DNA from: Andalucia godoyi And28
Taxonomy: Eukaryota > Protista > Jakobida
Length of the DNA: 64,000 nt
Direction of reading: 5' to 3'
NCBI GenBank assembly: GCA_009859145.1
Contig: VRVR01000040.1
Location: forward strand, 210,770 to 274,769
Shown here: positions 9,354-19,911 of the stretch, in pieces
How the letters are laid out: every line of letters starts with the position of its first letter
How positions within the stretch are numbered: position 1 is the stretch's first letter
Translations under genes and position numbers: made by a program
The notes under the pieces: model-generated
Told to the model about the DNA's origin: nothing
Seen by the model: the letters and a program-made list of their open reading frames with translations, nothing else
Database searches by the model: none

Positions 9354-12300
9354 ATGACATCCTATGCCCCGCTTGACATCAAGTCTCCCAACCGCCGCAA
9401 GGTCGCTGTTGCAGGAGGTTTAATATTTCTGTTTGCTGCGATCGGAACATTGGTTACTGTGTCGATCCTCGGATCCGAGTCGGAGAGCTTTACCTCGCAG
9501 GATGCAGCCAAGACGCAAGCCCTGCATTCACGCTTGCATGATGCCGTGCAGAAGTCGCCGAGTGCACTGCAACTGAACGACCAGCTTCTGAGCTCTGACG
9601 TTTCCACCGTGTTTTCCAAGGCACTCGGGTCGCCTTCGATGTCTGTGACCAAGCCGTCCGTGCAACTCATCCAGTCTGCAAAGTCGCAGCAGTCCGTTGT
9701 TGTTTCAGGGTCGTCAGTATTCCGAAACATCCATGTTGACTCGACGATTCAGCTGACGTTCGTGAACAGCAAGTTGGTAGTTGAAGCAGTCGGTGCGGTG
9801 GTAGCGCAGGCTGATAAAGACGCCATCGTGCATCCTGAGGTCCGCGCAGAGAATATCCAGCTGCGAATGTCTCGTGATGGAACATTGAGCAAGGCATGCA
9901 TGGTCTCCTTTGGCGGTTCCAAGGTAGAGGCTTCTGCGCCGTTCGAATCGTCCAACTTGCGTTTCCCTCTTCCGGATATCACAATCGGAAAGGTCAAGCT
10001 GACCAAGATTGATGCGACGATCCAGAAGTCACCGCTTGAGTTTTCAATGACTGCTGTCGCGCTCGTTTTGTTCCCGGACGCTGAAGGTCGCGATCTGCAG
10101 TTTGATGTATCTGGAACTGTTGGAAAGGATATTCTTCAGTTCTCAGGTTCTCAAGACGGCCAGTGGAGTCTTTCCGAGGAGGTCACTCTTGAAAAGCTTG
10201 CAATCTCCTATGATTCTACAAAGGACGCTGGTCTGATCCAGGGCGGAGTAGGCTTTGGAAAATGGGCCCTCGTTCTGCAGTTTGATTTCAGCAAAAGCCA
10301 GGACACGACTGCGGATATTGCCTTTGTTTTGATGCCCGAAGTTGGATCTTCTGTTCAGCTTTCTGGTCTTCCGGGATCAGCAGCTGTTGCTGATCCTTCG
10401 GGATTTTCGGTGTCCAACGCAGCAGTTGTGATCGCAAACTATGCTGGTAGCCTTGCCGTGTTTTCAACAGGATCTCTTTCGTTCGTCGACGGCGTGACGA
10501 TCACGTGCGAAGCGTCGTTGGATGCTGCATCTTTGACCCTGACGGGCACGTATATTCCGAAGTCCAAGTCTTTCGAATTGGAAGGTGATTTCTCCAACTT
10601 TGTTTTGGGAAAGGATCTGACTCTCACGGGAACTAAGTTCGTCGTCCAGTCCCCGGCTCAGCCCGTGTTCTCCATCCAATCTGCACTTACTTGGGGCTCA
10701 TTGACTGTTAATCTGGTTGGAACATTCTCGAACTCGGATATTGTCTTTGCGGCCTCGACTATGGGAACGGTTTGGCACATTCCTGTTGGAAAGGATGGCA
10801 TCGATGTCCAGAATGTTCAGTTGAATGTCGACTACCACCGCCAGACCAAGACCACGTCTGCGGATGTTCAGGGATCTGTCGTGTTTGGCCAGGGCGTTAC
10901 GTTGAACGTGGATATGAAGTATCCTGCGGATTCTTCTTCTGCACCTGGATGCTATGCTTTGACTGTGTCGACTTCCACACAGCTTTCGGTGTCAAACGTT
11001 CTTGGAAAGATGCTGTCGTCGAACGACATTGCATCTGCGTACGTTGAGGATGTCCAAGAGTTGTTCGCCGCTTCTCTGGAGTCCATGACCTTTACCATCT
11101 GGCCGAACTGCGACTTTGTCTCTCTGGACGGTGTTATTGCAACCAAGGTTTTTGGAAACTCGGAAGCCACCATTACTGTTCAAAAGTACGCTGGTGTCGG
11201 ACAAGTTGTGGACTCGATTGCCGCAAACCTGAAGACCAACCCTTCGGTCACGGTCTCTCCGGGAGTAACATCAACGGTGAAGGATGCGCTTGCCGCGCTT
11301 TCTGGAGCAATTTCGTCTTCACAGGTTTCGACAGTTTTTGCGATTTCCCAGCTCTCCGATGTTGCAATGTCGACTGTGGTGCCGGAGCTTGTCTCTTCGT
11401 TACCGTCAACGTTGCTTGTTCCGTTCCCTGGTAATGCCGAAGTGTCTGCATCGCAAGTGCTCGACGCTATTGAAGCTTTCCTTCCCGTCGGAACTCGCGT
11501 CACATGCGATGTTTCCGGTGACTGGCACTTTGAGTTCCACGTTAAGCCGGTTTCCCAGCAGTATCCGATCAACACACCGCCAGGCCTGCACCTGACGTCA
11601 CCTTCGTTTGCTCTGACGTCTGCGTCCATGGCACTGACTTTGGATATTACCTTCATTGCCAAGCAAGGACTGAACTTCAATGCCGAATTGGATGTCGCTC
11701 ACTCCACGCACGCTCGTTTGCAGAAGCTTGCAACATACATGGCCGCTGGGTGCCAATCGGTGTCGTACGAGATTCAAGGATCCATCACGAAGACTGCATG
11801 GTCTGTGGCTTTCGAAATCCCGAAAGGTTGCATTTCTCTGAATCACGACGAGTATGAACTTTCCGCGGTCACCGTCCAAATTCAGGATTCCGAGCCCCAG
11901 TTGACTGTTGATTCGACGCTGATGGTTGTGAAACAGAACTATGGATTTGCGGTTTCAGGAACGGTTGATGATAAGGGATTTACCTTGAATGGCCAATCCG
12001 ATGGTACGATTCAGCTGAACGTCGGTCACGATCCGCTGACTGTGGATTCCCTCTCCATCACGGTTTCTGACGAGTCTGGAACATTCGACACAGACATCAA
12101 GGGTTCCGTGACCATCAACGAACATGCTCATTTCTCAGTGGAGTCCAAAGTCGACTCCGCCTCTGGCTTCTACTTCTCCGGACAACTTTCGTACGACCAG
12201 GGATATGCACCGACGCTTGCTGACCTCGTTGATCGTTTGCTTGGATCTGCCTCTTTCCAGAGCGATATTCCGATGCCCAACGATTTCCGGTCTCGTGTCT

Positions 12301-14432
12301 CTGCTGTTCAATTCATTGGCGGTGATGTGACTATCCAGTCGCAGCCGCCGACGTTCAAGTTGGACGGAAAGGTTTCTGCCTTTGGTGAAGAGCTTGATTT
12401 CTCGCTCTCCTACACAAATGGTCAATTTGCTTTTGCAATCTCGTTCGCTCTGAAACCAAACTTCCAGTTCTCCGACATTTTCCCAGATATCAAGTCGCTG
12501 GATGATCTCAAGACCATGTCTCCGGCCGTGATCATCGCAAACGCAGAGTCTGAGATGAATCTCCCGGGCGGTTCGATTAGCTACTCCGCATCTCAAGGTC
12601 TCAACTTCGTTGCAGGGCTGCAACTGGATCCGACCAAGCACGCGCAAGCTCAAATCGGGAAGTGGACTGGAAAAGACGAGTTCCTCATCGAAGGTGTGAT
12701 TGTGACGGAAACGAACTTCAAGCTTGTTGCCGATGCGCAGGTTGACTTCACACTGTTCCACCGCGCCGACATGGCGGATGCAGGAGTTTTCTTTGCAATC
12801 GATGGTACGGATGTCAAGGTTGGCATTGACGGAAAGCTGACGTTCTCCCTGTCTTCGCGCGCAGACGACGATCTCTCGTTCTTTGGAGACCTTTTTGTTG
12901 ACGAGGAAGGCGCTGGTTTCGACGCCGGAATGACGACACCGTGGTCCAATCCGTTCGGCATCCCGGGTGTCACTCTTGACCAGTGCGAGGTTTCTCTCAC
13001 GTTGAGCCCTGTTTTTGTCCCGACACAGTTCGGCATTTCCGGAGGACTCAAGATCGGTTCTGTTGGTGGCGACGCATTGGTTTATGCAGACGTTGGTGAG
13101 CTGCAGAAATCTGTTCTTGCCGCTGCTGTGGAGAACATCCGACTCGGCGATATCACGGAGAGCATTTTCGGCCACTCCAATGTTCCCGAGACTCTTGCCA
13201 AGACGGTCTTTGACGTCTCCATGCAAGACGCAGATGTTTCTATCAACTTTTCCGGCGAAGATCTCGAATTTGATGGAAAGACCTATGACCAAGGATTCAA
13301 GCTCGATGTGGATATGCTGGATCTGTGGGAAATCATCAAGGGCTCAGCGCATGTCGACATTGATCCGTCGCACGGTGTTTCGGTTTCGGGTTCCATGGAC
13401 CCCGTTCACTTTGGCGATGTCCTGGATGTCTCCGAGGTCCAATTAGACATTGTGCTGATGAATAACCAGCCTCCCCGCTTCGGCTTCGATGGCGCGGTTT
13501 CGATTCTCGGTGCTTCGATGGCTGCCGATATTCAGCTGTCTGATACTTCCGCGATGGTGTATGTGGAGTTCAAGCTTGGTTCTCTGCTCGATTTCTTGAT
13601 GAACTGCTCTGCTGCTGGATCGGATTTTCATCACCCCACGGACTTCAGTGTTCTTGCGGAGCTCAATGACGGCCTCCTTGACTGGGTCTCCACCAAGATT
13701 CCCGAGTATGCTCAACAGGCAAAGGCAGATGCAGACAGTGCGTTCGACAAGGTGCTTGCAGATCTCCAGGACAAGAAGAATAGTCTGGATTCCATCTCTG
13801 CCGAGATTGATGCGATCAAGGCACAGGACCAGCGCGATCTTTCTGCCGCAGAACAGAAGTTCCTTGACGCCAAGGCAGATGTTGTTCGATTCCAGTCTCA
13901 TGTGGACGAGCTACAGAGCTCGATCAACGCCGACGAGGATGCCCGCTCGCACTGCAAGTGGTACCAGCTGACGTGCAAGGGTTGGTATGACGTGAAGATC
14001 GCCGCCTTGTGGGTTGCGAAGCATGTGGCAGACGGAGTGTTGGAGGTAGCCGTTGGCGTTTTGGATGTTGCCGAGGCAGCACTGGAGAAGATTCCGGAAG
14101 TCGATCCGCGTGTCCTGACTCTTGAAGCAGAGCGTGGAGTTGCTCTTGCCGCAATCTCCGTTGCAGAGGCTGCTGTGGAGGCTGCCGAGTCTGTGACCAA
14201 TATGATCGACAACACCATTTCGTGGGTCGCCCGTGGCCTGGGAAAGGTCTTCAACATTGAACATGCTCTGTTGTCGGGATCCTTGTCGAAGATCAAGGCC
14301 GGTGATCTCGCCGACGTCCAACTGGAGGGCTACTTCCTTGGAAAACATGTTGATTTCAACGTGGACATCAACCTTCAACTTCTGGATAACTTTGCAGCCG
14401 ACATCTGGCATGCATTGATGAAGATGTTTTGA
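9354..14432 (+). CDS. 1692-aa uncharacterised type II membrane protein with repeated beta-rich modules and C-terminal coiled coil
   Basis: Uninterrupted 5-kb ORF with a single N-terminal TM, recurring modules (F.VSG.V...F.G...G.W..P.G), a helical C-terminus and a CKWYQLTC motif. Confidence 0.8.
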   Translation: MTSYAPLDIKSPNRRKVAVAGGLIFLFAAIGTLVTVSILGSESESFTSQDAAKTQALHSRLHDAVQKSPSALQLNDQLLSSDVSTVFSKALGSPSMSVTKPSVQLIQSAKSQQSVVVSGSSVFRNIHVDSTIQLTFVNSKLVVEAVGAVVAQADKDAIVHPEVRAENIQLRMSRDGTLSKACMVSFGGSKVEASAPFESSNLRFPLPDITIGKVKLTKIDATIQKSPLEFSMTAVALVLFPDAEGRDLQFDVSGTVGKDILQFSGSQDGQWSLSEEVTLEKLAISYDSTKDAGLIQGGVGFGKWALVLQFDFSKSQDTTADIAFVLMPEVGSSVQLSGLPGSAAVADPSGFSVSNAAVVIANYAGSLAVFSTGSLSFVDGVTITCEASLDAASLTLTGTYIPKSKSFELEGDFSNFVLGKDLTLTGTKFVVQSPAQPVFSIQSALTWGSLTVNLVGTFSNSDIVFAASTMGTVWHIPVGKDGIDVQNVQLNVDYHRQTKTTSADVQGSVVFGQGVTLNVDMKYPADSSSAPGCYALTVSTSTQLSVSNVLGKMLSSNDIASAYVEDVQELFAASLESMTFTIWPNCDFVSLDGVIATKVFGNSEATITVQKYAGVGQVVDSIAANLKTNPSVTVSPGVTSTVKDALAALSGAISSSQVSTVFAISQLSDVAMSTVVPELVSSLPSTLLVPFPGNAEVSASQVLDAIEAFLPVGTRVTCDVSGDWHFEFHVKPVSQQYPINTPPGLHLTSPSFALTSASMALTLDITFIAKQGLNFNAELDVAHSTHARLQKLATYMAAGCQSVSYEIQGSITKTAWSVAFEIPKGCISLNHDEYELSAVTVQIQDSEPQLTVDSTLMVVKQNYGFAVSGTVDDKGFTLNGQSDGTIQLNVGHDPLTVDSLSITVSDESGTFDTDIKGSVTINEHAHFSVESKVDSASGFYFSGQLSYDQGYAPTLADLVDRLLGSASFQSDIPMPNDFRSRVSAVQFIGGDVTIQSQPPTFKLDGKVSAFGEELDFSLSYTNGQFAFAISFALKPNFQFSDIFPDIKSLDDLKTMSPAVIIANAESEMNLPGGSISYSASQGLNFVAGLQLDPTKHAQAQIGKWTGKDEFLIEGVIVTETNFKLVADAQVDFTLFHRADMADAGVFFAIDGTDVKVGIDGKLTFSLSSRADDDLSFFGDLFVDEEGAGFDAGMTTPWSNPFGIPGVTLDQCEVSLTLSPVFVPTQFGISGGLKIGSVGGDALVYADVGELQKSVLAAAVENIRLGDITESIFGHSNVPETLAKTVFDVSMQDADVSINFSGEDLEFDGKTYDQGFKLDVDMLDLWEIIKGSAHVDIDPSHGVSVSGSMDPVHFGDVLDVSEVQLDIVLMNNQPPRFGFDGAVSILGASMAADIQLSDTSAMVYVEFKLGSLLDFLMNCSAAGSDFHHPTDFSVLAELNDGLLDWVSTKIPEYAQQAKADADSAFDKVLADLQDKKNSLDSISAEIDAIKAQDQRDLSAAEQKFLDAKADVVRFQSHVDELQSSINADEDARSHCKWYQLTCKGWYDVKIAALWVAKHVADGVLEVAVGVLDVAEAALEKIPEVDPRVLTLEAERGVALAAISVAEAAVEAAESVTNMIDNTISWVARGLGKVFNIEHALLSGSLSKIKAGDLADVQLEGYFLGKHVDFNVDINLQLLDNFAADIWHALMKMF

Positions 14433-14868
14433 TCCAGCAGCAAGGTGTTCTTCCCACCCCTTTCGTAAATAAAAAAGAGGACGTTTTAATTTTTTGTCCA
14501 CAGCTGTACATAACGTTATATGTATTTTTCCAGACGCCTAGCATCAATTTCAAGCGTTTTTTCAACATAGTCTCAAGTTCGGTCGCTGGAAAAAGGAAAA
14601 AGAGGGGGAGGGACCAGGTTCGTTCACTTCACACTTCACTGACCATAAAGACGATCCCCTTTTTATAGTATGTATTTGTGATCCCAAAGCCCGTTTTGAT
14701 TTCTTCAACTTTATTAATATAATTAAATTTATTATTATTACTATCATTTATTTTATAATAATAATAATAATAATTTTTGTTGTTGGTGATTTTCTACACA
14801 AGTTTTTTTCACTCTTGTTATTGTTTTACTGTTTTGGTGCTGGATTCTTATTCTTCTCGAGATTGTCG

Positions 14869-16410
14869 ATGTTTGCGAATCGTGTGATACCGTCGACGGG
14901 GGAGCTGACATGGAACAGTCTTCCGGCGACTTTTCCATCGGACCAAACGAGCCGGATCCGCGTTGCTGCATTGACGTCGCAGCTGCATTCGCTGACAAAG
15001 TATTCCATCGAGCTTTTGGCAGAACTGTCGTCGGAAGTTTCAATGACGACTTCGAACCTTAATAAGCTTTCGAGACGCACAGAAAATCTGTTTTCGCTTG
15101 TTTCTGGCGCGAATTCACCTTCTCAGACATCGCGAATCCCGGATCGAGTCGATGTTCTTGCCCCATCCTCGCATTATTCGAACCCGATGAACCTTGCAGG
15201 ACCACCATTTCTGGAAGATTCGATGCCGCTGGGGTTGAAGGAAGCGTATGAAAGCGCAGAGGGCCCTCCAGCGTTGCAGACGCTTGATGTTTACGAGCCG
15301 AGCGGCAAATCCAGTGTGAAAAAGTGGTCGAATCCGTTCCGACTGTTTGAGGAATGGGCGAACAGCGAGAATGAAAGACAGGAGAAGGAGCGCGAGTTGC
15401 GAAAGGACAGAAAGCGGAAGGAACGACAGACTCGGAAGCATCATGATAAGCGAACGCTTCCGTCGATCCAAGTGAAGAAGTTTGAGAATCCAGAGGGACT
15501 CGGTCCATCCAAACAACATCCTCCTCCATCATCCGCATCCTCTACTACTTCTTCCAATGCACAATCTTCTGGAGCCAATGGCAACATCTCGTATGCAGCA
15601 TACACCGCAACCACGACCACGAATGCAAGTGCAAAGCCCAAGAGAGATGAGGAGCCAATGGTCGTTCAAAAGTCGTCTGCAGACCAGCCGGCCCACTCGC
15701 CGCCGCCCCCTCAGCTCAGTTCCAGCAACAACAATGCCCACAACCAAAGCAATGCACATCAAGCCACGAGTCGATCGACGCACAACAGCAACAACAACAA
15801 CAACAGCCACAACACCAATCATGCCGCTGTGGCTGCCAGTAGCGCAGCTGCCCCTCCACCTCCCCCTCCCCCTCCCCCACAAGCCGCGTCAGCATTATCG
15901 TCATCTTCGGCGGCATCTCCGCCACCTCCGCCACCGCCTCCGCCACCTCCTATTTTACAACAGCAATCGTCAGCGTCGTCTTCTGCGCCATCGTCCAAAG
16001 GTCCTCCACCACCACCTCCTCCACCACCACCACCTCCTCCACCACCAGCACCGGCACCGGCATCAGCAGCGGCATTGGCACCGGCTTTGGGAGCAAGCCC
16101 AAGTGGACTGAAGGTGGAGATCCCGACATCCGAGGGCCGTGGCGCGCTCTTGGACTCGATAAAGTCGCCTGTCCAACTCCGAAAAGTGGAAACGAACTCG
16201 GATCGTGGGTCTGTGGGCGGAAAAGGCGACTTGTTGTCGCAGATTCGATCGGGTGCGTCGCTGAAGCGAGCGTCGGACCGTGTGCTGTCTGCTCCGAAGC
16301 CATCGGCCACGACTCCCAACACAATGCAGTCGATGGCTGCGATTCTGCAGTCCAAGTTTGCGCTTGCCCGGGGCGACGACTCCGATGACGATTGGTCCGA
16401 CGATGATTAA
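14869..16410 (+). CDS. SCAR: SCAR/WAVE family Arp2/3 activator
   Basis: N-terminal WAVE-homology-like region (KKWSNPFRLFEEW), basic stretch, poly-Pro, two WH2 motifs (GALLDSI..QLRKV; GDLLSQIRSGASLKRA) and an acidic tail DDSDDDWSDDD. Confidence 0.85.
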   Translation: MFANRVIPSTGELTWNSLPATFPSDQTSRIRVAALTSQLHSLTKYSIELLAELSSEVSMTTSNLNKLSRRTENLFSLVSGANSPSQTSRIPDRVDVLAPSSHYSNPMNLAGPPFLEDSMPLGLKEAYESAEGPPALQTLDVYEPSGKSSVKKWSNPFRLFEEWANSENERQEKERELRKDRKRKERQTRKHHDKRTLPSIQVKKFENPEGLGPSKQHPPPSSASSTTSSNAQSSGANGNISYAAYTATTTTNASAKPKRDEEPMVVQKSSADQPAHSPPPPQLSSSNNNAHNQSNAHQATSRSTHNSNNNNNSHNTNHAAVAASSAAAPPPPPPPPPQAASALSSSSAASPPPPPPPPPPPILQQQSSASSSAPSSKGPPPPPPPPPPPPPPPAPAPASAAALAPALGASPSGLKVEIPTSEGRGALLDSIKSPVQLRKVETNSDRGSVGGKGDLLSQIRSGASLKRASDRVLSAPKPSATTPNTMQSMAAILQSKFALARGDDSDDDWSDDD

Positions 16411-16563
16411 CAGAGTCGACTGCATGTGGAAATGAGAGTGCAGAAAAAGCATATAAACCCAGATCTTTTTTTTTTTAAGAATATTATTAACTAGCTCATT
16501 TTCATCATTCTCCCTTTGTACGGCAACGACGACGACAACGGTGGTGATCAGAATTGCGTAGTG

Positions 16564-16934
16564 TCAGTAGAAGATGTGATGCGCGACACCGAGAAAGCCT
16601 CCGATGAGAAAGATAGCTTGCGGGAAGGAGGCGAGGATGAATCCGAATTCACGCTTCTTTGGATCGGCAATGTACCCGACGAAATACACTACGCGACCGA
16701 CGACCCATGCGAGCCCGAGCAAGGATCCGATTGGACCGTTCACTTCGAGACAGAACGCCCAAAGCCCACCGAGAAAAGCAGGAATGTTCTCCAAATGGTT
16801 CATGTGGACTCGGAAGAACCGCTCCAAAACCGGGTTTCCAGTCGTTGCAGATACTGCTTGCGCTTGACGCCACAAATCGTGCCAAATGCAACAGGTTCCA
16901 TCCACGCAAACAGCGAAATCGCCGCCGGATGCAT
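16564..16934 (-). pseudogene. MAPEG (microsomal GST/LTC4S-like) gene with internal frameshift near 16850
   Basis: The C-terminal frame has ATTGNPVLERFFRVHMNHLENIP...GRVVYFVGY. The matching N-terminus (MHPAAISLFAW...GVKRKQY) is in another frame, with the short linker missing. Confidence 0.6.
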
Positions 16935-17578
16935 TCCCCAATGACAACGAACACTACGATATTCCTTTTATTCAAATAAATTAAAATAAAATAAACAAAC
17001 GAAGAGTAAAAAACAAACGCCGCAAAGACTCTGCTTTGTTGCAGTTCGTTGATAAGGAAAGAATTCCAAAAGACCGACGCGCTTACATTGTACACTAATC
17101 ACGGATAATCATCGCTGATCACCCATAATCAATGCTGCAACCCAAACAACATGCATAATGCGACGCGGCGGCGTGTGTATAGGGATTTCCTGATCAAAAT
17201 GGGGGCGAAACGAATCGGGCATCGTGTGACGGAGTTGCTTAAGATAACCAATGCATGCGCATGGCGCGTGGCAGTGTGCTTGTTTACGTGTGCTGTTAGA
17301 CTGCTTTCATCATATCGCAATAAAAGTGGCAACGGCATTATGCGGCCATGGGAAAAAGGTCCGGTGCTCGTTTTTTATTTTTACGACAGATATCCAGTGT
17401 ATTGTCGAAAGAATCAAAAAAGAAATCCTCTTCCGCGAATTTCTTTCTCTTTGCAATAGCGCGTCATCACAGTTGTTATTGTGAATGTATTTCCAAAGTA
17501 AAGAAAGATAATACGTTGCTCGGAATAAGAAGAAAAGAGGGAAAGAAGAAAAGAAAGAGGCTAGGAAAGAGAGAGGAG

Positions 17579-19657
17579 ATGTTAAAGCGATTGTTCTCGT
17601 CTGCGGCGACAACTGCGACGCGACGGTCCACAGCTCAGAAGTCGACTTCTGGAAAACCGTCTTTGGACGCGGCGTCTCGGCGCATTCTTCTTTTGAAAAC
17701 GGGGAAGATTGCACGAAAGCCCCGAGCAGGAGACGCGGATTCCTCAGTCCTCGCAAGGGAACTTATAGAAAAGCCGTTATCGCAGGAGCATGCGAGCCGG
17801 TCGAGCAGCCTACTAGTATCGACGGATAAGTCACGGTCGCTCAATGCACAGCTTCGAGGCGTGATGAGCGAAGGTCCGGATGCTGTTTCGCGTGTTCTGG
17901 GCAAGATTTCGCAAGATGAGTGGAGCCCTGCTGCGCGTGCGTTGTGGGTGGATTCATGTGGGAGCGATGTCCAGTTGGCGCTGGTCATCGCTGATAAGGC
18001 GTTGGAGGGCGTTGCGTTGTCGGACATTGCGGCGAGATGCGCAGTGTCGACGTCGGTGATCCAGGTTTGCATCCGTGCGGGCGATTTTGAAAAAGCAAAG
18101 ACTGTGTTTCGTGACTTGGAACGAACAGGACTTGCGATGGATCTTCCTCTGTACACTGCGTTCGTTGCAGGTGCGATCCAGACGGACCATTTCGACGATG
18201 CATGGCAGGTGTTTGACGAGATGAGAAAGTTCACGAGGAACCAGCCCGACCAGGCGATGTTTTCTCTGTTGATCCATGCGTGTGCCAGAGAGTATCCCAA
18301 GGCCCTTGCGAGTTCTGGGCTCGTCGAACGGGCGTTTTCCTTGTTTTCAGAGATGAGATCGATGCACGGATACCTGCCAAACGAAATTACGCTGAATACG
18401 CTTATGCTTGCGGCCGCGAAGTCGGAAAAGTACTGCACAAAGGCATTCGAGCTCTTCTTTCAAAACTTTGATTTGGAGCATATGCGAACCATGGGGGTGT
18501 CAGAGCCGTCGGTATTACGCGCAAAGATCAATGTGTTCACCCTGCATGCTTTGCTGACCGCGTGTGCAACTGCAGGTGATCTGAAGGCGGCGCTTCTGGT
18601 TTGGAATGCTATGAAGACGTACGTACCAGAGAGAGATTTGGCGTCATTTCCAGCGACGCTGAGCACTCTTCTTCGATGCTGCTCCCGGTTTGCGCTCAAA
18701 ATTCGCGGTGTCGAAACAGGAGACATCCCGAGCACGTCATTCGCAAGAGCGTACTTGTCAGTGAATCTGAACAGCTACTATCCCAAGCTGGCGTCGATGT
18801 ATACAGAGTTCCGTTCTGGTGATCCTGCAACTGCAAAGGCCGGCTATCGCACCTTACCTCTGCATTTGCGAGAACTTAACGAACCGTCTGCACAGTCTGC
18901 TTCCGAGTTGGAAGAATTCCCTGCCGTGGACATTGACGAGAAGGGTGTCATCACGTACAAAGATGCGGAGCAAGTGCAAGAAGCACTTGTGGCGCCTGCA
19001 GGTCCGGCCGTCGCTGATCTGCTGCGGGAAGTAAAGACGTGCGCTCACCAGCTTGTGACTGATATGACCCTCCCACCGTTTTCCGTTGGCAAGTCGCTGT
19101 CTGTTGTCAACAGCTTGTTGGACGCCGAGCTGTCGTGCTCGATCCCGCAAGTGTCCCCAGTGTCCAACACGGAGTCGCTGCCTGTGGAAACGCCTTCCGT
19201 CTTATTCCGTCGTCTCTTTGCCGAGGCTCACATGTCGCCGACGCTTGTCTCCTACACAATCTTGTTGAAGCATCTCGCGCGTGCGGGAATGCCAGCCGAG
19301 ATTGAGAATGTGCTGGATGAAATGGATTCCATGCGCATTTCGCTTGATTTTGTTGCATGCCGCATCCTTTTTGAATTCAAGGCATTTCGAGAAGGCAACT
19401 TCCCAGCCGCCGTTTATTTCTTCAAACTGTTCCACCCCGACGCGAAACACGATGTGTCAAAGGTTCCGTTGTTCGAAGTCGTGAACTACTTGATGGAAAC
19501 TCGTATGCGTGATGGTCGATTGTTTTCTCACTGGTCGAAGCAACTGCGTCAGTGCACGGCCGTGGAGCCAGAACAAAAGAAAGCGCTGGAAGCTCTCGTG
19601 AAGTCCACTTCGACGATTGCGGCTGCTGCACGTCGCCAATTAGGAAACTATCGATAA
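17579..19657 (+). CDS. Pentatricopeptide-repeat protein, probably mitochondrial
   Basis: Presequence-like MLKRLFSS and tandem ~35-aa motifs (LYTAFVAGAIQTDHFDDAWQVFDEMRK; PNEITLNTLMLAAAK; PTLVSYTILLKHLARAG). Confidence 0.88.
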   Translation: MLKRLFSSAATTATRRSTAQKSTSGKPSLDAASRRILLLKTGKIARKPRAGDADSSVLARELIEKPLSQEHASRSSSLLVSTDKSRSLNAQLRGVMSEGPDAVSRVLGKISQDEWSPAARALWVDSCGSDVQLALVIADKALEGVALSDIAARCAVSTSVIQVCIRAGDFEKAKTVFRDLERTGLAMDLPLYTAFVAGAIQTDHFDDAWQVFDEMRKFTRNQPDQAMFSLLIHACAREYPKALASSGLVERAFSLFSEMRSMHGYLPNEITLNTLMLAAAKSEKYCTKAFELFFQNFDLEHMRTMGVSEPSVLRAKINVFTLHALLTACATAGDLKAALLVWNAMKTYVPERDLASFPATLSTLLRCCSRFALKIRGVETGDIPSTSFARAYLSVNLNSYYPKLASMYTEFRSGDPATAKAGYRTLPLHLRELNEPSAQSASELEEFPAVDIDEKGVITYKDAEQVQEALVAPAGPAVADLLREVKTCAHQLVTDMTLPPFSVGKSLSVVNSLLDAELSCSIPQVSPVSNTESLPVETPSVLFRRLFAEAHMSPTLVSYTILLKHLARAGMPAEIENVLDEMDSMRISLDFVACRILFEFKAFREGNFPAAVYFFKLFHPDAKHDVSKVPLFEVVNYLMETRMRDGRLFSHWSKQLRQCTAVEPEQKKALEALVKSTSTIAAAARRQLGNYR

Positions 19658-19911
19658 GATTTAAATTTTTTAAAATAAAAATCCAAAGCACCTTCCGATG
19701 AATCATTCATCGACGCAATCGAACCGACGAACCAACGAACCAACGAACCAATCAAGAAAGAATGCGCGTGAAGCGTCGGTATACTAGTACTATACAAACA
19801 ACAATTTAAAAAAAATATAATGAATAATGAATGAGCGCGGGGCGCGGAAGAGGAAATGCTCACAGGAGCCTATAGAATAAATGACAGAAGTGGCCACCGT
19901 CAAACAACAAT

